A stretch of 64,000 bases of DNA from Phaeosaccion multiseriatum (Eukaryota > Protista > Ochrophyta, other classes): NCBI GenBank assembly GCA_965112735.1, contig OZ218956.1:2108001-2172000 (forward strand), read 5' to 3'. Under the pieces are notes generated by a model. That model worked only from the letters and a program-made list of their open reading frames with translations. It was not told the origin of the DNA and made no database searches. Below, one piece after another: positions 56,622-64,000 of this stretch. Each line of letters starts with the position of its first letter. The first letter of the stretch is position 1. The position numbers and the translations under genes were made by a program.

Positions 56622-59600
56622 CTACCCGACCGTGAGCTTGTCGGGGATGGCCCCCTCATCCGCCTCCATTCCGATGAGGTCCATCACCACGCTGGGCTTC
56701 TTCTCCATGCCCTCCGACATCTGGTCCAGCATCCCCTTGCAATTCCTCTTGCGCTCTGCCCATATTCCTCGCATCCTACCCCCCGGTAGCAGCAGCGGCG
56801 GCGGCGGCAGTTGGTGATGATGATGATGATGATGATGATGAGGAGGAGGAGGAGGAGGAGGGCAGGAGGATGTGCAGAGGAGACAAGAGCGAGATAATGA
56901 GGGGGGGGGGGCGAGGGAGAGGGATGCGTGGACAGATACATGGGCCATTGGTGCTGGCAAGGGCGAAGAATGACAGGCCCGAGCGTGGCGAGGACTGTCT
57001 GCCCCGTTTGCCTCATGTGTGGAAGAAATGACGGTAAGAAATTGGAGAGGTACAGAGGACCAAAAAGACTAAATACATACTTGTTGAACTCGGTCTTGGC
57101 TTTGATCATGGCCTGCGGGTCTACGTCCTTCATCCCGGCCTTGATGGCGCCGTGCCTCTCCTCCCGCGCGGACGTCTCCCTCTGCAGCCTGGACGAACAC
57201 AGCAGGGCATGGCAGGCAGTCAATTGGAGTGCGTGCGTGCGTGCGTGCGTGCGTACGTGAGGGAGTGTGTGAGTGAGCGAGTGAGTGAGTGAGGGAGTAA
57301 GTGAGTGAGTGAGTGAGTGAGTGAGAGAGTGAGTGAGTGAGAGAGTGAGTGAGTGAGGGAGTGAGCGAGCGAGTGAGTGAGGGAGGGAGTGATTGATTGA
57401 GTGGGGGCGTGAGTGAGTGAGTGAGTGAGTGAGTGAGTGAGTGAGTGTGGGGCCACGAGTTTCCGTGTTGTTGGGGGAGTAGGTGCGTGCGTGAGCGGGA
57501 GAAGGAGTGAGAGAGGGCCATTGCGCTTCTTGTACCGACAGACAGGCAGACAGATACATGCACACTTTGACTGGCCCTCCACCCTCTCGCGCGCCTTCCT
57601 GCGGATTTGTTCCCTCACATTCCCACTCTCCTATGCTATGCCTCCTGGTGTTCTCTCCCAACTTACCTCCGAGCATCTCCGCCCCCCCCTGGTGACCTTC
57701 CCACTCACTCACTAACTTATCGCTCTCCTTCCCTCCCTCCCTCCCTCCCTCCCTCCCTCCCTCCCTCCCTCCCTCACTCACTCACTCACTCAACTCATCC
57801 CCTCCCCCCCTCACCTCTCCAGCTCGGCGTCAAGCTCCTCATCTCTCAGTTGTGAAGAGAGAGTGGACACCTCTGCTTTCAAGTCCTTCAGTTCCGCCGT
57901 CACCACCCCAACCTGGTCCGCCAGCCCGTCCGCCTGAGGAAACAACAGAAGAGACAGAAGGACAATCGTTTGCACAACACGACAAAAGGCGGTAGCGGTG
58001 TACGACCGTAAGCGGGGGGGGGGGGCGCGACGCAAGCAAGGCGATAGAACAACATCATAACACAGGCACGCTTTCCGAGCCCCCTCCTCCTCTTTGGGCT
58101 CTGTCTCCACTCCTCCACCTCGCATTTGTGACTGAAATTCTCGTGCAAGAGGCAACGATGGCCTTGCTGACTGACCTGTTTCTTGAGCTTGTCGAGTTTG
58201 GCTGGAGTGATGTCCCCCAATCGCTCGGCCAGCTTGTTCTGATTGGGGTAGAACAGCTTGGCCTTGCCAAACTCCTGTGCGCTTAGGCTGCCATCAGCCA
58301 CCAAGCTGTCGAGCTGTCGTTGCACGATAGCTGGGACACACACACACACAAAAACACACAGTGAGAGAGAGAGAGAGAGGAGGGGGGGGGGAGTGAGAGA
58401 GACGTGTGAGAGAGACAGAGAAATGATACCATGCGAAAGGGGGTTCACCTTCACGCTCTTGCAGCCCGCTCTGGGGCACGCATATCTTCTCCCACTCGGG
58501 AAGAGAGAGCCCGCACCTTCGCACACAAGCCGAGAGGGAGGGGCATGGCCCACCCCCTCGTTGACCCACCAAGCCATCCCCTCCCTCCACTACCCCCCCC
58601 TCCCTCCAACCACTCACTCACTCACGTTTGGGCACGACCTTCTGTAGGTTGTCGAATATGTTCTGAATGCTATAGGGCCTGTTGACCTTCAGCATGTAGT
58701 CCCAGATCATGGTCCGCGGGGTCTTCTTCTTGGCGGGAGCAGGTGCTGGTGCTTTTGGTGCATTTGGCGCTGCTGCTGCTGGTGCTACCCCCTTGGCTTT
58801 TGGAGCTTTCTGGGCTCCCCCCCCCGCAGATGCGCCATCATTGCCACCGCCAGCAGCAGCGGCGAGAGGTGTGGAGGCCTTCTTGGCAGGCGCCTTCCCC
58901 GCCTTGGGAGTAGTCTTGGCCTGTGGGCTCTTGGCCGGGGGACTCTTGGCCTTCGGTGCTTCTCCGCCAGCAGGGGGAGGAGTAGCAGCAGCAGCAGCAG
59001 CACCCCCCATGGCCTTGGCCTTGGGGCCTCCCCCTGGAGCAGCGGCAGAGGCGGGGCTATTGCTTCTACCCGAGCTGGCGCTGTCGCCGCTGAGAGGAGG
59101 AGTGGCCAGCGCAAGGGGGGTCATTCCTGGCGCAGCAGCAGTTGCAGCAGTTGGTGAAACAGCAGCAGACGGAGGCGTCGACGCCGCTGCTGCTGCTGCC
59201 GACTTGGACAAGGACAATTTCCCTTTCTTGCCCTTCGCCTTCTTCACAGGGGGTGCAGCAGTCGAAGCAGTCCCTTCGGACGCTGCCACATCAACCGGAG
59301 ACTGCGAGTTCTTCGAAGTTTGAGAGGCGGTTTGCTTGTCGGGTTGCTTCGACTCCTCCCGCGCTCGCTTCTTGCCAGACGAGCCGCGACCTTTGGCGGG
59401 GGCAGTAGCGGCCTTGGGCGTTGCAGGGCTTCGAGGCGCCTTCCTACCACTGACGCTGCTGTTGGCCCCCTTCCTCCCCGCGACCTTCTTCTTGGGGGTC
59501 TCCTCAAAGTCGCCCTCAGAGTCATCTCCTCCTGAGGGCATCGCTTCTTCGTCTGAGTCCTCCTGATCCCCCGTGTGCTCGTGCTCGGTTTCCATTTGAA

Positions 59601-59655
59601 ACTCTCCGTCGGCACCACTCTCTGGGCTACTCGCCACTTCCACGAGCTTCGGCAT
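56622..59655 (-). CDS. HOP2: HOP2/TBPIP meiotic recombination protein with a long K/A/P-rich N-terminal extension
   Basis: Winged helix IWDYMLKVNRPYSIQNIFDNLQK..VQRQLDSLVADG..EFGKAKLFYPNQ; coiled coil; C-terminal WAERKRNCKGMLDQMSEGM..DLIGMEAD. Start uncertain (frame open to 59919). Confidence 0.88.
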
Positions 59656-60756
59656 GCCGTCCTTGCCTTCTCCAATTGCGCGGAGAAGCGGAGGTCCCTC
59701 GTCCTCCTTCTCAACCCTGCTACTCTCTGCCCCCTCTGCTTGCTCTTGCCTCAGCTCCCCGTCACTCTCGCCCTCCCTACCAAGAGTCAGGCAGATCTCC
59801 TCTCCCCTTCCCTCTCCCCTTCCCCTTTCCCTCCTCCTCTCTCCCTCTCCCTCCCTCGGTCTTGGGTCTTCTTGATCCTTCGCTCTTCGTCCTAGCCTGC
59901 TGCTGCTGCTGGCTCCCACTGGTCCTATACTCTTGCTCTACTTATACTCCTCCCTCGCGCTCTATGCCCACTTTGCTTTTTTGCTTTGTAGGGGGGGAGG
60001 TTCTCCCTTATTGGCGCGCAATTGTCCCCCGGGGGCCCAGACGATGTGGGCGAAGTGCCTCTGTCTTCACAGGCAACGAGATATATAGAGGGGCCCCAAG
60101 ATTAAAGGGCAGGGAGAGGAGAAGAACGAGACGGAGAGGACCCTCCGGGTGAGTGTGGGAGATAGCGGAGAAGAAGGGGGGTAGAGGAGGAGAGGGAGGA
60201 GGGCCGACGACGATCGGAGGGAGCGGGGGGGGAGAGAGTTGGGGAACACCTGTCACAGGAAGCGCCCTTGGACGAGGGAAGATTGGTATGAAACTGGGAA
60301 GAGGGGAAGACCATAATCTGAGCGACGAGGCTCTGAGGGTGGGTGGAGAAGGTTGTCTTTCCTCCCATGTTCGATTTGTTTTGGAAATGACGACGTCTTT
60401 CCCCCTCTCTCCCGCCCGCTCTCGCCTCTCCCTCCGCCAGCAGGTTGCTACAGACGAAGATAGTGGTCTTCCAGCTGTGGGAGTAAGAAGAGCAGGGGCG
60501 GTGGTAGCAGGACGAGTTCGGAAAGTGGTGAAAGGTTGCTCTCAATGAGAGAGGCCTGAGGGCGGCGAGACGGACAGCTTCAGCGCCACAAGACAAGAAG
60601 GAGAAGGGGGGGGGGGGGTACATAGCTGCGGGTGAGTATTGCTTCGTGGCGGAGAAGAAGGGGTGCGGGGTGGGAAGAGAGGGCGGAGGAGTACTCGGGG
60701 GGGATGGGGACCGCCGGAACATCGCGGGAACGCTAGAAAGCGGTCACAAGGCGGAC

Positions 60757-60850
60757 GGAAGCCTGTAGGAGAATTGGGAAGAGACAAAGGCCGTTCTTTC
60801 AATGGAAGCCTGTAGGAGACTTGGGAAGAGACAAAGGCCGTTCTTTCAGT
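60757..60850. repeat. 47-bp direct duplication in the HOP2/cullin divergent intergenic region
   Basis: GGAAGCCTGTAGGAGA(A/C)TTGGGAAGAGACAAAGGCCGTTCTTTCA, two copies. Confidence 0.9.
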
Positions 60851-61108
60851 GACGAGTTTTTCTAGGAGAAGCAGTGGGGGGGGGGGGGGGCTCGCTTCCT
60901 CTCCCTCAGTCTTTTAACTTTTTGGAACCTTCCTTACCATCTCTTCCCCCTCCTTTCCTTCGTCTCATGTTCCGGTCACTGCCTCCCACCAGGGTACCTA
61001 CCACAGACGGTGGATAGCAAATCACGCCAGCTATACGAGTAAAAGGAGTAGGAGGAACAGCGGAGGCGGGTGAGAGGGCGCCGACTCACTGCCAAGTCTA
61101 CCCACACG

Positions 61109-64000
61109 ATGGGTGATCAGACGCATAACATCATCACGCTGGACGTCGGCTGGTCCGATGAGATTAAGGTGAGGAATGGGAGAGGGCTCTGGTTTTCAGA
61201 GGGGAAGGCCAGGCAGCAGGATCAGACATTCCTGCCTCTCTAAAATATAACGTTTGAGTAGAGTTCTCAGTCTGGGAGTAAGACCGACGACGACACCTGA
61301 CGTATTCACAGACTCCCTCCCCCTCCCTAACGCCTGAGGTGTACTCCGAACCCGAACCCCCCCCCCCCTTTGCCTTCCTCCCTTCCTCCTCTCCCTCCTC
61401 TTTGTGCACAGACGAAAGCCATCGACGTGCTGGAGAAGAAGCTCAACGATGGGCTCGAGGCCAAGGGCACCGGAGAGCCAGCCGTGCAGAAGCTCTTTTC
61501 CTCGGAGGAGTACGTGCACACATACACGATTTGCTACAACATGTGCACCCAGCGCAGCCCCTACAACTGGAGCGAGCAGCTCTATGTCAGGCACGGCGAG
61601 ACCATCTCCACCTACCTTACCGACACGGTGAGTGTGTGAGTGAGTGGGTGAGTGGGGCTTTTCTGCTTTTGCCTCTGACCTTTCTCGGTGGGAATCAAGT
61701 GCCTGCTGTGGGTGCCCACCGTCGAGCAGGGTGAAGTACACGCGCGTTCTCTCAGCGCCCTCATCTCCGAACCCCCCGCGCTGCCCACTCGACTCCGTCG
61801 CTGCTCTGCTGCTGCCTCACAAAGGTGGTGCCTGCGCTGAAGGACCAACACGGGGAGTTCCTGCTCAAGGAGCTCGTGAGGCGCTGGGGGAACCACAAGA
61901 TCATGAACAAGGTGAGGGAAGCGGCGAAACGGCACCGCGTTTTGATGGATGAAACGGGGTCGTATGGTGTGGGTGGTTGGGAGGTATGGGGCAAGAATCG
62001 AAGCGGAGTAGTTGCCCTCTTTCTTCGGTCTCCGCTGTTGCCAGAGACCGCTTCATGTGCAAACTCTGATGTGACTCGGACACGTCTCTCTCTCCCCGTC
62101 CCCGCAGTGGATGCAACGCTTCTTCATGTACCTGGACCGCTACTACGTCAAGCACCACTCACTGCCCACTCTGTACGAGGCGGGCTTGAAGTACTTCAAG
62201 GTGTGTGTGTGTCATTTCGTTGTCCCTCGAGCAAAGCGCCCAGGGCAGTCCTTCCGTCATGAAAGGGTGAATGGAAATTCTTTCTTCTCGTACCTGCTCT
62301 CTTTGCCGTCGCTGCTCCACCCCCTTTCTGTCCTCTGCCTTTTTGTTGCTGTTGCCATATGGCCCCTTCTCGCTCCTCGACGGTGGGGTTTTACTCACGC
62401 CACTGCTGCTACTACTGATTGCTGTTGCGCTGGCGTACCGTGCTCATCACGCCAAACCTTGCCACTCCCTCGGTGGTGTCCGTCTCCCTACGTGGACTGA
62501 CCTCTGTATAGGGCCTCGTCTACGACGTGGTGAAGAAGGATGTCGTGAACGCGATTCTGGACGTGATCAATCGGGAGAGGGAGGGAGGTATCGTGGACAG
62601 GTCGCTCGTGAGCAGCTGTGTGGATCTGTTTGAGTCGGTGGGGATGGGGTCGCTGGACTCATACACGGCGGATCTCGAGGAGCCGCTGCTGGAGAGCACG
62701 TGCCAGTTCTACGAGAAGAAGAGTCAGCAGTGGATGCAGACGGACAGCACCCCTGATTACATGATCAAGGCGGAGGCGGCGCTGGAGAGTGAGAAGGCGC
62801 GCGTCAGCAACTACCTCAATAGCACCACGGAGTCAAAGCTGCTGCGTGTGTGTGAGACGGAGATGCTGCAAAAGCGCGAGATGGACTTGCTTGAGAAGGA
62901 GGGTAGCGGGTGCCGCATGCTCCTCACCAACGACAAGGTGCGTGGGTGCGTGGGGGGGGGGGGCAGGGTCGTGATCGTTTTGTGTGGTTGATCGCGTCTT
63001 CGCACCTTTCGTGCTGGCGCAGTTGACTTGCCTGCACTGGCTTGTGTCTTTTGTCTCCTTATCTTTGTGTCTGAATCTGTGTCTATCAGTCTATCTGTCA
63101 GTCTTGTCAGTCAGTCTGCGGATGGTGCTCTGATTCTGATATGAGAAGGCTGTTGTCAGGGTACCTCCCCTCCCCTTCATCCGTCCGCCCACCGCTACAT
63201 TCCTGCCCCAACCCGTTTCTCACTCTCCGTGCGACTGCCTCCTCCTCCTCCTCCTCCTCCTCCTCCTCCTCCTCCTCCTTGTTGGGCACAGGCGGACGAC
63301 TTGGCGCGCATGTTCCGGCTGTTCTCTCGCCTACCCGATGGGTTGGTGCCCATGGCCAACATTGTGCAGCAGCACATTTCGGGGGTGGGGGGTGAGATCA
63401 TCAATAGGAGGGAGGCCAAGATTGAGGGCGGAGAGAAGGACACAAATCAGGTACACCAATCGAGCGTGTTGCTCTCCGTTTACTCTCCCATCTTAAGTCC
63501 CCCCGTCGTTGTACGTGAAACGACAAACTGACTTTAACCTCTTTGCTTGTGTCTTGTGGTCCGCCCCTCCTCTCTCCCTGCCGCCTCTCCCTTCCCTTCC
63601 CCTCCCCACCCCGCCAAATGTGCACCACCCCCTCAGGATGCGGGCTTTGTGAAGGAGCTGCTGGCGACGCACGACAAGTTCATGGCCGTGGTGAATGACC
63701 AATTCTCTGGCCACTCACTTCTGCAAAAGGCGCTCAAGGAGGCTTTCGTGGAGATTATCAATAGGGATGTGGGCAAGTTCAAGAACGCCGATCTCATGTG
63801 CTGGTGAGTAGTCACGATACGGGAAGGAAGGCAAGCTTGGCACTTGGTTCCTTGTTTTCGTTTGGGATGAAGCATGACCTGTCACCCGTCACTGGAATGA
63901 GCTTGTGGGTACAGCATGGTTGAGGACAGAGCACCACCCTGTTCGATTACTCACTCCCCTCCTTCGCCCAGCTCGCTCTCACCGACTAAAGTCTTTTTAT
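61109..64000 (+). CDS. CUL1: Cullin (CUL1-like), 3'-truncated by the window
   Basis: EEYVHTYTICYNMCTQRSPYNWSEQLY, LLKELVRRWGNHKIM, FFMYLDRYYVKHHSLP, INREREG, YMIKAEAALESEKARV, DDLARMFRLFSR, LQKALKEAFVEIIN. Exons start at 61109, 61411, 61825, 62108, 62512, 63292 and 63637. Confidence 0.93.

Overview
Gene-dense, GC-rich, intron-rich eukaryotic nuclear DNA, most likely from a photosynthetic stramenopile (ochrophyte). Two genes carry bipartite ASA-F-type plastid-targeting leaders, and there is an EsV-1-7 repeat gene and a TM-RGS gene. About 15 GT-AG-spliced genes can be reconstructed by eye: a methyltransferase/Ig-like/UBE3D-like fusion, an EsV-1-7 Cys-repeat protein, a PA-TM-RING-H2 E3 ligase, a GT4 glycosyltransferase, a DUF5522 protein, a small plastid membrane protein, an intronless orphan, a MATE transporter, a C2 + six EF-hand protein, a DnaJ protein with Cys repeats, plastid TPI, TM-RGS, a hypothetical protein, HOP2 and a cullin. 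Most long six-frame ORFs are microsatellite artefacts. The most unusual signals are at the DNA level. (1) The motif (CAGCA)GTTGGTGATAC(AGCAG) recurs about 20 times, with 9 exact 11-mer cores, on both strands, in three different coding frames and in introns and intergenic DNA, usually inside simple-repeat tracts. (2) A non-autonomous TIR element (MITE) family ends in TCGACCCCTGA...TCAGGGGTCGA and has 6-bp target-site duplications. (3) Many introns have reverse-complementary simple repeats in their 5' and 3' halves. All calls are from manual reading, with no database searches, so exon boundaries and starts are provisional.
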